Positions 45,193 to 54,200 of a DNA stretch of 64,000 nt are shown here, in pieces. The position numbers and the translations under genes are program-made. The notes below the pieces were generated by a model that was given only the letters and a program-made list of their open reading frames with translations, ran no database searches and had not been told where the DNA came from. Each line of letters begins with the position of its first letter. The first letter of the stretch is position 1. This DNA is from Nanobdellota archaeon (GTDB lineage: Archaea; Nanobdellota; Nanobdellia; Pacearchaeales; GW2011-AR1): positions 27,343-91,342 of the forward strand of contig JAGQJT010000002.1 in assembly GCA_020430505.1 (NCBI GenBank). Direction: 5' to 3'.

Positions 45193-45963
45193 TTACAACG
45201 CCTTCTCGAACAAAGAAGCAAAAGCCTCTGAGAAGAAAGGTGAATTCAACCAGATCGCATTGTCCTCTTTTGAACCTGTTTTAGATAAATAGAAAAGAAT
45301 TTCCTTTCTATCAATTATGAAAAATTTTGCATCAAGATTTACGGGAGTTACTTTTGTCTTAAGCTTGGATGAAACCTGATCAACCAGAGTTTTGTCTCCT
45401 GAAAGAGCTATTTTTATCTTAACATTTGAATTCTTCAATATTTCAAGAGTTTGAATAAATATTCCCATCTTTGCTTTAACTTCTTCGGCATTTGTGCAAA
45501 TTATGACTTCTTTAGTTGCATTTTCCAAGATTTCTCTTAAATAATTTGTAATATTTGATCTTCCTTTAAGAGCTGCAGAAACATCTTCTCTTTTTACTGG
45601 GTTGATCCCAACATTATATAACTCTTCCAATTCAGAGAATTCATTTGTTTCTCTTATTTTAGAGAGACTACCTATCTTGTCTTCAGCTTCTTTTCTTACA
45701 TTGTTCTTTAGTTTTTCAAGAATTACTTTTGGCTTTACACCAAGATATTTTACTGGTTTTCCTAATTTAACGATAGCAAAACCTTTCTTCTCTAGGGATT
45801 CTAAAACATCATAAGTTCTTGATCTTGGAACTCCTGAAATTGATGCGATTTCCCCCGCAGAGGCCGTACCTTTTCCCAGAAGGGCCAACCAAACTTTAGT
45901 TTCATAAATATTTAACTCAAAATATTCCTTTATTTTGTTTACTAATTCTTGTTTTACTAACAT
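45193..45963 (-). CDS. TrmB-family transcriptional regulator
   Basis: N-terminal wHTH ETKVWLALLGKGTASAGEIASISGVPRSRTYDVLESLEKKGF matches the TrmB signature; 256 aa with a C-terminal effector domain. Confidence 0.75.
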   Translation of the reverse strand: MLVKQELVNKIKEYFELNIYETKVWLALLGKGTASAGEIASISGVPRSRTYDVLESLEKKGFAIVKLGKPVKYLGVKPKVILEKLKNNVRKEAEDKIGSLSKIRETNEFSELEELYNVGINPVKREDVSAALKGRSNITNYLREILENATKEVIICTNAEEVKAKMGIFIQTLEILKNSNVKIKIALSGDKTLVDQVSSKLKTKVTPVNLDAKFFIIDRKEILFYLSKTGSKEDNAIWLNSPFFSEAFASLFEKAL

Positions 45964-45964
45964 T

Positions 45965-46357
45965 TTAATTAAGGCCTCCTTTTAGCAAGATTTCCAATTT
46001 TTCTTTTTGTATTACTTCTGAGATTACCCCTTTTTCTAAAAAATCCGTATAATCTGTTCTCACATCTGCAAGATCCAATCCTTTTACTATAACAGTGGAT
46101 ACTTCATTTACTTTATCATCTCCAAGCCACTTTCCATCAATTGATCTTTTTTGAATTCCTTCTGGAAATAACTCTTCTATTTCTTCAACTGTCCTTTGAT
46201 AAACATTGAACAAAAACATCTTAGAATCGTTAGAAAGATTTCCCCTAGGATTCATACTACTCAAGTACTTTCTAGTAGATTCTAATCCATTCAAATATTG
46301 ATTTACTTTTGAAATTGAATCTCTTTCCGTTTTTATGCTTCCAACTGTTTTTACCAT
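45965..46357 (-). CDS. Hypothetical protein, upstream gene of the TrmB operon
   Basis: 130 aa; 1-nt spacing to the trmB start; no motif recognised. Confidence 0.4.
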   Translation of the reverse strand: MVKTVGSIKTERDSISKVNQYLNGLESTRKYLSSMNPRGNLSNDSKMFLFNVYQRTVEEIEELFPEGIQKRSIDGKWLGDDKVNEVSTVIVKGLDLADVRTDYTDFLEKGVISEVIQKEKLEILLKGGLN

Positions 46358-46463
46358 GTATTGTTACTATAAAGTAGGTATTTATAAATGTTTCTATTAT
46401 GTTGTTTCTTTAGAGTGGTACAATAAGAGAAAGATTTATAAAAAAGGTTTTTATAGAAAATGT

Positions 46464-46880
46464 ATGGAAAAAAATAGACCTTTTAGTTTGCCAAAGGGAG
46501 AAAGCCTCTTTAAAGAGTACACTGACTTTGGAAAACCCGTTGCTCTCAGTCAAGGAAATGATTATACAGTCGGATTTGTTAAAAGTGAAGACAATCAATT
46601 TGTTTATCTGCAACCAACATATATTTCAAGAGTAATGCCAATTGCCAAAGATACAATGGTGGAAACTCCCATAATAGAAGAAAATTTTCCTACAAAAGTT
46701 AAAAAAACTTTGATAACAAAAATTGAAGTTGCAGATTGGGACCATATTACACAATTAGCGAGGAATAAAAACATAATTGCACAAAGAACTCTGGAAGAAG
46801 AATTGTCCAAAAAAAATTATGTTAAACCAAACTTTTTTGAAAAATTGAAAACAATCTACAGAATACTCATAGGGAGATAA
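46464..46880 (+). CDS. Hypothetical protein
   Basis: ORF track starts at 46335, overlapping the divergent gene; the first in-frame ATG after the divergent region, at 46464, gives MEKNRPFSLPKGESL... Confidence 0.35.
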   Translation: MEKNRPFSLPKGESLFKEYTDFGKPVALSQGNDYTVGFVKSEDNQFVYLQPTYISRVMPIAKDTMVETPIIEENFPTKVKKTLITKIEVADWDHITQLARNKNIIAQRTLEEELSKKNYVKPNFFEKLKTIYRILIGR

Positions 46881-47813
46881 CTACCAAATCAAAAAGCTAA
46901 TTCCAATAGCTAAGAAAATTCCTGCCGATATGAAAGGCATTGCAGGATAGAACTTCTTTTTTTCTGAGAATAACAATAATGTTCCCAAGCCTAAAAGGGC
47001 TCCGAAGAGCGTAATTATTGCAGCACCAATACCAAGAGTTTTTAGCATAACTCCAGCAGCAATCATAGAGAAAACAATATCCCCTCCTCCAAGTATCGCA
47101 ACATTTACTTTAATTCCTTTTGAATTGGAATTTGTTTTTCTCATCTTTTTTAATTTGGTTTTTTGAGATTTAGATAAATAAGGTACAAAAAATCCTCCAA
47201 AAACTTTCAAAGTATCCATCTGATATTTTGCCATCTTTTGCATCAATCCAGATTTCCAAACAGCCCACATATCATAAAGAGATATTAAAACTAAAAGAAC
47301 GATCAGATAAATCCAGTTTAACAAAGGAACAAAAATTGCAGCTATACCCGGATAAATAAAAAGTTCTGTAAAATTATGTGTTAAAATGTTTCTTGAATAA
47401 ATTTTACTCAAGGCTAATGGAAGAACTGCTATTAAAGCCATTATTGAAATACCTTGGAAGGGAGGCAAAATTGGTTCAAAAATTGCAATGAATGAAATTC
47501 CTAATGCAACTAAAACCACAAACAAAAACCATATTCTCAAGAAAAATTTGGCCCTTATACGAGTCAATAAGAATAATAAAGAAATTGCAATAACAAAAGC
47601 AATAATTATGGAAATGAAATTTGGAGCATAGTCTTTTTCTTGTACTTCTGGAGTTTCCATTCCATAGGGCAATGGATTTGGATTTGTTACATTTACAACA
47701 TTTCCATCAACTACTTTTTCTATAGAATAATAATTTATCACATACAACCCAATAAATTGAGTGACTAAGAACATCGCAAGAATTATTATTGTTATTTTTA
47801 CATTGTGTTTCAT
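46881..47813 (-). CDS. Presenilin/signal-peptide-peptidase-like intramembrane aspartyl protease (PSH-type)
   Basis: About nine TM helices. The YD motif (LISLYDMWAV), the GxGD motif (AILGGGDIVFSM) and a PAL-like PAMP motif near the C-terminus occur in the canonical order. Confidence 0.7.
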   Translation of the reverse strand: MKHNVKITIIILAMFLVTQFIGLYVINYYSIEKVVDGNVVNVTNPNPLPYGMETPEVQEKDYAPNFISIIIAFVIAISLLFLLTRIRAKFFLRIWFLFVVLVALGISFIAIFEPILPPFQGISIMALIAVLPLALSKIYSRNILTHNFTELFIYPGIAAIFVPLLNWIYLIVLLVLISLYDMWAVWKSGLMQKMAKYQMDTLKVFGGFFVPYLSKSQKTKLKKMRKTNSNSKGIKVNVAILGGGDIVFSMIAAGVMLKTLGIGAAIITLFGALLGLGTLLLFSEKKKFYPAMPFISAGIFLAIGISFLIW

Positions 47814-47860
47814 AGAACTTCCTCTCTTTAAATATCAAATCAAAAATAGTTTATAAAAGT

Positions 47861-49747
47861 TTATCTCAACCTTAAAGTCTCCAAACCACGAGGGACATTT
47901 GTCTCAACCCTGTTAAGTTTGTAAAGTGAAGAAGCCAAATCAAGAGATTTTGAAACCTCTCCATGATTGACTATAATTCTTTTTGGTTTTGGTCGCATAT
48001 TGTTAAAGATAGACATGATTTCATTTCTTCCCGCATGTGGAGACAATCCATTGAAAAGCGTAACTTCCATTTTAACTTCAATTTCTCTTTTAAGTCCGTC
48101 TTCTTCTACAACAACTTTTCTTGCTCCTTCTTGAAGTTGTCGCCCCATGGAACCAGGACCTTGATAACAACTTAAGATCATTAAATTTTTCTCATTGCCT
48201 GCAAACTCTTTGAAATATTCAACGGAAGCACCTCCAACAAGCATACCTGAGGTTGCAATAATTATGCAGGACCCTCCTTCAATTACATCTTTTCTCTCTT
48301 GAGCAGAACCAACTCTTGAAAAAACTTCTGAAGTGAATGGATTCTTATCTTGAAAAACTTGATTTCTTATTTTGCTTGATAGGAAATCTGGATATGCAGT
48401 ATGAATTGCGTTAATGTCCCAAACCATTCCATCTATGTAAATTGGGACCTTTGGTAACTCGCCTGAACGCATTGATTCTTCCATCCTCATCATAGTTTCT
48501 TGAGCGTGTCCTAAACCTAATTCAGGAAGTAAAACTTTCCCCCCTCTATTTAAAGCCTTTTTAACAAGGCCAATAAACTGCTCTTCGGTTTCTTTTCTTG
48601 GGGGCAAAATGTCGGTTTTTGCTCCATAAGTAGATTCTGTTATTGCTGTCTCAACTCTTGGAAAATTTGCAACAGCAGGATCTAAAAGTCTTGTCTTGGC
48701 ATACTTGTAATCTGCCATATAAAGTAAATTGTGCAAGCCATTTCCAATGTTCAAGTGAACCATAGAACTTCCAAGAACATGCCCCGAATTATAGAAAGTT
48801 AACCTCACATCTGGAGCAACATCTGTAACCTCATTATAATTTAAGCATATAGAATGTTTTACCATTTCTTTAACATCAGAAGATGAAAAAATTGGTGCAA
48901 CAGCTTGTTTATATGCAACTCCTATAAAATCCAAATTAAGCAACGCCGCAATATCTCTTGTTGGAGCAGTCATGTAGACTGGGCCTTTGTAACCCATCTT
49001 GTAAAGGTATGGCAACAACCCAACATGATCTAAATGTGCGTGACTAATTATAACGGCATCGAGACTTGACATATTGAACTCAGGAATATTAAAAACCGGA
49101 AACTTGTCTGCCCCCTCTGAAGCAACATCAATTCCACAATCTAAAAGAATTTTTGTGTTTGGAGTTTGCAAAAGAAAACAACTTCTTCCAACCTGTCTTG
49201 CGCCTCCCAAAAAGGTTAACCTAACCCACATGTCCATTTTTTCAGGGTTCCATTCTTGGTAAATTTTTTCTCCAATTTCATTCAAAAACTTTCTTCTATA
49301 AGAATTGTTAGCATAAAGAACACTTCTGATATTTTCTGTGATTTGAGATTTTATTGCAGAAGATCTTTGAACTTGTGGGGTCCAAAACGTTGCCTTTCTT
49401 ATATCATCAAGAATTGAACCTTGCTTTCCTATAACCATTCCAGGTTTTTTTGCTTCAACAACAACAATGCTTCTTTGAGCATCAAATAAAACATTTGTTA
49501 TTTCTGCTTCTCCTGGAACAAGTTCCTTTATTCTCTTTTCTGTTAATTCTTTATCCATAAGAAGTTTAGAATCAGCTCTCAATTCAATTCTTTTCTTTAT
49601 GTCGTTGACGATTTCTTTTATTTTTCCTTCACCGTTTTTGAAAAAATCTTCATTTTGCGTGTAAAGAACTATGTTGGCTCCTTCAAAATTGGCTTCCTTT
49701 ATTTTTCCAACTAGTCTATCAGTGATGTTTTTTAAAATGTCTGTCAT
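47861..49747 (-). CDS. aCPSF1/FttA: KH-domain + metallo-beta-lactamase + beta-CASP ribonuclease
   Basis: 628 aa; N-terminal tandem KH-like region; HAHLDHVG motif 2; beta-CASP motifs; C-terminal helix typical of aCPSF1. Confidence 0.85.
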   Translation of the reverse strand: MTDILKNITDRLVGKIKEANFEGANIVLYTQNEDFFKNGEGKIKEIVNDIKKRIELRADSKLLMDKELTEKRIKELVPGEAEITNVLFDAQRSIVVVEAKKPGMVIGKQGSILDDIRKATFWTPQVQRSSAIKSQITENIRSVLYANNSYRRKFLNEIGEKIYQEWNPEKMDMWVRLTFLGGARQVGRSCFLLQTPNTKILLDCGIDVASEGADKFPVFNIPEFNMSSLDAVIISHAHLDHVGLLPYLYKMGYKGPVYMTAPTRDIAALLNLDFIGVAYKQAVAPIFSSSDVKEMVKHSICLNYNEVTDVAPDVRLTFYNSGHVLGSSMVHLNIGNGLHNLLYMADYKYAKTRLLDPAVANFPRVETAITESTYGAKTDILPPRKETEEQFIGLVKKALNRGGKVLLPELGLGHAQETMMRMEESMRSGELPKVPIYIDGMVWDINAIHTAYPDFLSSKIRNQVFQDKNPFTSEVFSRVGSAQERKDVIEGGSCIIIATSGMLVGGASVEYFKEFAGNEKNLMILSCYQGPGSMGRQLQEGARKVVVEEDGLKREIEVKMEVTLFNGLSPHAGRNEIMSIFNNMRPKPKRIIVNHGEVSKSLDLASSLYKLNRVETNVPRGLETLRLR

Positions 49748-49774
49748 TTTTAGATATATTGAACATAATTAAAA

Positions 49775-50407
49775 TTATTCTCTCTTTTTGTATACTAACT
49801 CTGTTTTGTCTCTTACAACTTCTTTGATTCCATCCTTTGTAATTGTAAAAACATTCATTCCATTCCCAGTTCCAAAATCTCTTTCCATTGAAGATTTGAT
49901 TGATTCTTTAGCTAGCTCAATTCCTTCTTTAACTGTGACTTCAGGTTTCCACATTCTTTCTAAGTAACCTAAAACATACATCAATCCAGAACCAACACTT
50001 CCAGAAAATTCTTTAACTTCGGTGGATAATCCTCCAATTATTTCATAAAGATGGGTCGACCCATCTTCATCAAATCCCCCAACAAGGAAACCACTTGCTT
50101 GCACTTGGATATTTGAAAGCAAAGAAGCAGCTTGTTTAACTGTAGGTCTTCCTTTTGATTTAAGTTGTTTTAGTTTTAATTCTGCCGCCAATAATTTCGA
50201 AGCCTTTATTGCCTCTGTTGCATGACCTGCTACAGCCACAAGCAAATAATCATTTATTGGTAAAACCTTTTGCAAATCTTTGCCTCCTACAAGGGTTGCT
50301 CCTAGACTTGCACGATTATCTCCAGCCATCACAATTCCATCTTTACAAACTATTCCTAGAATTGTAGTTCCTGTCTTCACAATACTTTTTTCAATATTTT
50401 CATTCAT
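49775..50407 (-). CDS. psmB: Proteasome beta subunit
   Basis: Short propeptide, then TTILGIVCKDGIVMAGDNR with the catalytic Thr after the propeptide; 210 aa. Confidence 0.85.
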   Translation of the reverse strand: MNENIEKSIVKTGTTILGIVCKDGIVMAGDNRASLGATLVGGKDLQKVLPINDYLLVAVAGHATEAIKASKLLAAELKLKQLKSKGRPTVKQAASLLSNIQVQASGFLVGGFDEDGSTHLYEIIGGLSTEVKEFSGSVGSGLMYVLGYLERMWKPEVTVKEGIELAKESIKSSMERDFGTGNGMNVFTITKDGIKEVVRDKTELVYKKRE

Positions 50408-50470
50408 TTTCTACTTACATAGAATAAATTTATAATATTTTTCAGAAAGGATTATTTATAAGTTTTTCGT

Positions 50471-52516
50471 TTAAACTTTTCTACTCATCCCATCTTCTTT
50501 TTTGAATTTTAACACATTCTCTACAAAGCTTTCCATCTTTTGCTCATGACTGACAATAATTAGCTGCTCAAAATTTAATTGCTCTAAAACACTTCTCATC
50601 TTATCCAATTGTTGCTCTGAAAATCCATCTGTAGGTTCATCAAGAATAACCAGATCTCTGGTTTTAATCTTGCTCATTAGAGAATTTATTACTTGATTTA
50701 GAGAAAGTCTATATGCCAAGGCAATTGCAGTTCTCTCACCTCCAGAAAGATAGGCATAATCAATTTCATAATCTTGCTGTTCAATTACAGGTGTGAAATC
50801 TTCTCTAAGGCTTACATTGAACGTTTCTGAAACCAACATCAAAAACCATTCTCTAAATAATTGTGAAAAATCTGACTTTAATCTAATCATTACATTTCTC
50901 TCAATTAGAGAAACAAGAGGAACAAACTTCTTAGAAAGCCAATTTTCCAATTCAGAGATGTAATTTAATTTTAGCTTTATTTCTTCTGCCTTTTTCAAAC
51001 GCTCTTTTAATTCATCTATTTGCCTAGAAAAAACTTCAATTTCTTTTTTCAATTCAGCCAACTTTATTTCAACTATTTTTTCTTGCCTTTGAGCATCTTC
51101 TAATTCTTTCTGTTTCAATTCAAAGGTTTTATCATACTTTGCAAAATCAAAGACAATCTTATTCAAATCTTCTGCTTGGGAATTTAAAAGAACGATATCT
51201 TTGTCTAAAACAAGGTTAGCATCTTTTAATTCTTGAATTCTCTTTATTTTTTCATTAACACTCTCTAGTTTTACTTTTAGAAGATTCATATCCGATAACT
51301 CCCTTTCTTTTGCCCTCAGTTCTTCATCCACCATGATGATTTTTGTGAGAATTTCTTTTTTTGAAACTTCTAATTCTTCAAGTTCATTTTTGTTTTTTGA
51401 AACTTCGTTGTGTAATTTATTCAAAACGTTGGAACGATAAATTGCATCAACATCTTGCAAACATGTTGGGCAAACCTCTAAGTTGGACATATTGTTTTGC
51501 AATTTTTGGTTATCTTCATTCTTTGAGTTTAAACTTGAAACTCTCCCAGCAATTTCAATATGTTTATGGTTAAGTTCATCCTTAGATTTCTTTAATTTTG
51601 TTATTTCCTCTTCTAAAATTTTTAATTTAGATTCTTCAAATTTCATTCCAGAGAATTCGCTAATTTGTGAATTCAGTGTTTCCATAAGTCTTTTATTTGA
51701 TTCTAGAGAATCTTTTTTGTTTATTATGACCAATTTGGTTTTTTCATACTCTTGTTTTAGTTTATTTTTCTCTTCTATTTTTTCTGCAACTTCTTTTTTT
51801 TCAGTTTCAACCTTTTCTCTAAAAAGAGATTTTTCTAAGAGTTCAACTTTAACAACTTCAATCTGAGATTTCATCAAAACGAGTTCTTTTTCCTTGTTTG
51901 AAATTGCAACTTGATCTTCTTCTACTGTTGACACAAGTGCTTCTTTTACTCTTTTTTCTTCTCTAAGTTTTTGAGTTATGACTGAAACATTCTCCAAGAC
52001 TCTTTTGTATTTGTCGATTCCAAAAACGTGTCTTAAAGTGTTCATTCTCGTAGAGGAATCTTCTAAAATTATTTGCTTCATTTCTTCTTGAGGGGTATAA
52101 ACTGTAAATTTGTAAAGAATATTTTGTTTTTTTGAAAATTCTTTTGGGTAAGATAGTAAATCTAAAACTCTATTTTTTAATTCTGTAACTGCAAGTTCTT
52201 GCTTTTGTCCGTCTATGGTTATAGCTGCATAATCTTGAGAAACACTTTTCCCACGCTTAAGCGTTCTTTCTACAATAATTTTTTTTTCGCCCACTTCAAA
52301 TTCCATTGAAACTCCTCCAGATTCTGCACCATTTCTCAAAAGAAAGGTTCCCCTTTGCCCAGGTTGCAAACCAAAAAGAGCAAATTCTATTGCAAGTAAA
52401 ACAGAAGTTTTTCCAGAACCAATATCTCCAGATAATAAAGTCGAACCTTTTTTGAATTCTACTTCTTCATGTTTGTAACTTCTGATATTATCAAGAGTTA
52501 TTTTTTTTATTATCAT
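50471..52516 (-). CDS. rad50: Rad50 ATPase (compact, 681 aa)
   Basis: Walker A GDIGSGKTS; coiled-coil arms; zinc hook CPTC; signature LSGGERTAIALA; Walker B LVILDEPT; H-loop VSHE. Confidence 0.85.
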   Translation of the reverse strand: MIIKKITLDNIRSYKHEEVEFKKGSTLLSGDIGSGKTSVLLAIEFALFGLQPGQRGTFLLRNGAESGGVSMEFEVGEKKIIVERTLKRGKSVSQDYAAITIDGQKQELAVTELKNRVLDLLSYPKEFSKKQNILYKFTVYTPQEEMKQIILEDSSTRMNTLRHVFGIDKYKRVLENVSVITQKLREEKRVKEALVSTVEEDQVAISNKEKELVLMKSQIEVVKVELLEKSLFREKVETEKKEVAEKIEEKNKLKQEYEKTKLVIINKKDSLESNKRLMETLNSQISEFSGMKFEESKLKILEEEITKLKKSKDELNHKHIEIAGRVSSLNSKNEDNQKLQNNMSNLEVCPTCLQDVDAIYRSNVLNKLHNEVSKNKNELEELEVSKKEILTKIIMVDEELRAKERELSDMNLLKVKLESVNEKIKRIQELKDANLVLDKDIVLLNSQAEDLNKIVFDFAKYDKTFELKQKELEDAQRQEKIVEIKLAELKKEIEVFSRQIDELKERLKKAEEIKLKLNYISELENWLSKKFVPLVSLIERNVMIRLKSDFSQLFREWFLMLVSETFNVSLREDFTPVIEQQDYEIDYAYLSGGERTAIALAYRLSLNQVINSLMSKIKTRDLVILDEPTDGFSEQQLDKMRSVLEQLNFEQLIIVSHEQKMESFVENVLKFKKEDGMSRKV

Positions 52517-52517
52517 T

Positions 52518-53678
52518 TTAAAAACCTAAAATTTTTTGAGACTCTTCTATTAAACGAGTGTTGAAAACTTCTGTTGTTTCACCTTCTTGTTTTTCAACCG
52601 CGAGGGCATTTATTAAAGATTCAACATTATCATTGAATTTTGAAGGATTGTCTTCGGAATATTGTTTTATTGATTCTTCTTCAACATCATCAGTTTCCTT
52701 TATCTCTATATCCATGTCTGCTTCTTTCACCTTAAGATCATGAGTATTTTTCAAAAAGAAATAGGCTCCTTTTGATTTTATGAACTCTTCTATTTTTTGA
52801 AATTTTATATCTGAAACTTTTTGGTCTTCTAGTAAACCTTCTAATCTCAAAAGAACCACCTTATCATTCAAATCTCTCTTATCTAATTCTTGAATTATTC
52901 TTTCCGTTGCAACAAGTGCATTTTTTACAATCACGTTTATTGTTTCAATTTTTTTTAACTTAATATCTATTTTCTCCATGGGTTGTGTTGCTTCTGTATC
53001 CACAATGTAAAAACTTCCTTGCTTTAGAGTTTCTAATTCTGAAAAATTATTTGGAAAAACGGGTCCTGGATAAACAAAGTTTTCATATTTAAAATCTATA
53101 TGCAAGTGTCCTAGAGCATAATAGTCGGCATGAGGAAGGTTATCTGTTTCTAAAGAATCTATGGGCAAAACTCCTTTTGCTTTATCAATTGTTGTATGTA
53201 ACATGTATATTTTAAACATCCCTGGTGCATCGTTCAATTTGCATCTCCTTATATCTGGAATTTCCAAACCAGATTTTCTCCCAGGATATCCATAAATTGC
53301 AATTCCTTGATGCAAGGTGGGAGTTAAATAAATTGATTCATTCTTTTCTTCTGCATCAAAAACATTTTTACAAAAACCTGCTTTTTCGAGAACATCCAAA
53401 AAGGTTTTACCTGAAACTGAATAGTCGTGAGAACCTGCAATTATAAAACAAGGAATTCTCGCATCATGCAATTTTCTAAATTCAGCAAAAGTTTCTTTTA
53501 AAATTTCAATAGGGGGATAAGCCGTGTCAAACAAATCGCCTGCTATGAGTACAAATTCGACCTTTTTTTCAATGCATGTTTGGATGGCTTTTTGAAATGA
53601 TTTGAAGTTCAAATCTTGCATTTCCGGTTGTCTCCAGCCCCCTAGATGCACGTCTGCTATATGCGCAAATCTCACCAT
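52518..53678 (-). CDS. mre11: Mre11 nuclease
   Basis: Phosphoesterase motifs I HIADVHLG, II GDLFD, III GSHD, V GHLH; 1-nt spacing to rad50. Confidence 0.85.
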   Translation of the reverse strand: MVRFAHIADVHLGGWRQPEMQDLNFKSFQKAIQTCIEKKVEFVLIAGDLFDTAYPPIEILKETFAEFRKLHDARIPCFIIAGSHDYSVSGKTFLDVLEKAGFCKNVFDAEEKNESIYLTPTLHQGIAIYGYPGRKSGLEIPDIRRCKLNDAPGMFKIYMLHTTIDKAKGVLPIDSLETDNLPHADYYALGHLHIDFKYENFVYPGPVFPNNFSELETLKQGSFYIVDTEATQPMEKIDIKLKKIETINVIVKNALVATERIIQELDKRDLNDKVVLLRLEGLLEDQKVSDIKFQKIEEFIKSKGAYFFLKNTHDLKVKEADMDIEIKETDDVEEESIKQYSEDNPSKFNDNVESLINALAVEKQEGETTEVFNTRLIEESQKILGF

Positions 53679-53807
53679 TTTTATCTGAAAAAAGAATTTT
53701 CTTGTACTATATAAGGATTGTTGGTCTGATTAATAAATATTTGCATGGATTTGCAGGCAAAAAACTTTATAACTACAAATCTTCTTAAATAATCTATAAA
53801 GAGGACG

Positions 53808-54200
53808 ATGAAATATAAATCTTCTAAACTCCTTAATAAAAAAGACCTAAAAGAACTTCTTTTATCTGAAGGAATTGGAAAGAGTGAAAAAGAACTAAAA
53901 TCAATCCAAGATTCTTTTAGAAATTCTAATGCGGTATTTTCCGTTTGGGATGGAAAAAAGCTTGTGGGCATTATAAGAGGTTTGACAGATGGCATATCAA
54001 GAGGACTTGCATTAGACCTTTTTGTGCATAAGAAATATAGAAATAAGGGTCTTGGGGAAAAACTTTTGTTCAAAATTTTTAGAAAATATCCTTCATTAAA
54101 ATGGCATTTAAAATCATCCAAAATGGCGAGGGGGTTTTACAAAAGACTAAAGCTTATAAAAGATGAAGAGCTTTGGTTCACATATAAAAGAGGACGATGA
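53808..54200 (+). CDS. GNAT-family N-acetyltransferase
   Basis: 130 aa; motif A is YRNKGLGEKLL (R-x-x-G-x-G/A); ATGA overlap with the OFOR alpha start. Confidence 0.65.
   Translation: MKYKSSKLLNKKDLKELLLSEGIGKSEKELKSIQDSFRNSNAVFSVWDGKKLVGIIRGLTDGISRGLALDLFVHKKYRNKGLGEKLLFKIFRKYPSLKWHLKSSKMARGFYKRLKLIKDEELWFTYKRGR

Noticed and set aside
53681-54121. 146-aa minus-strand ORF opposite the GNAT gene
   Set aside because: It overlaps the GNAT gene, which has a clear motif A, and sits within the Mre11 upstream region. No motifs were found, so it is probably spurious.
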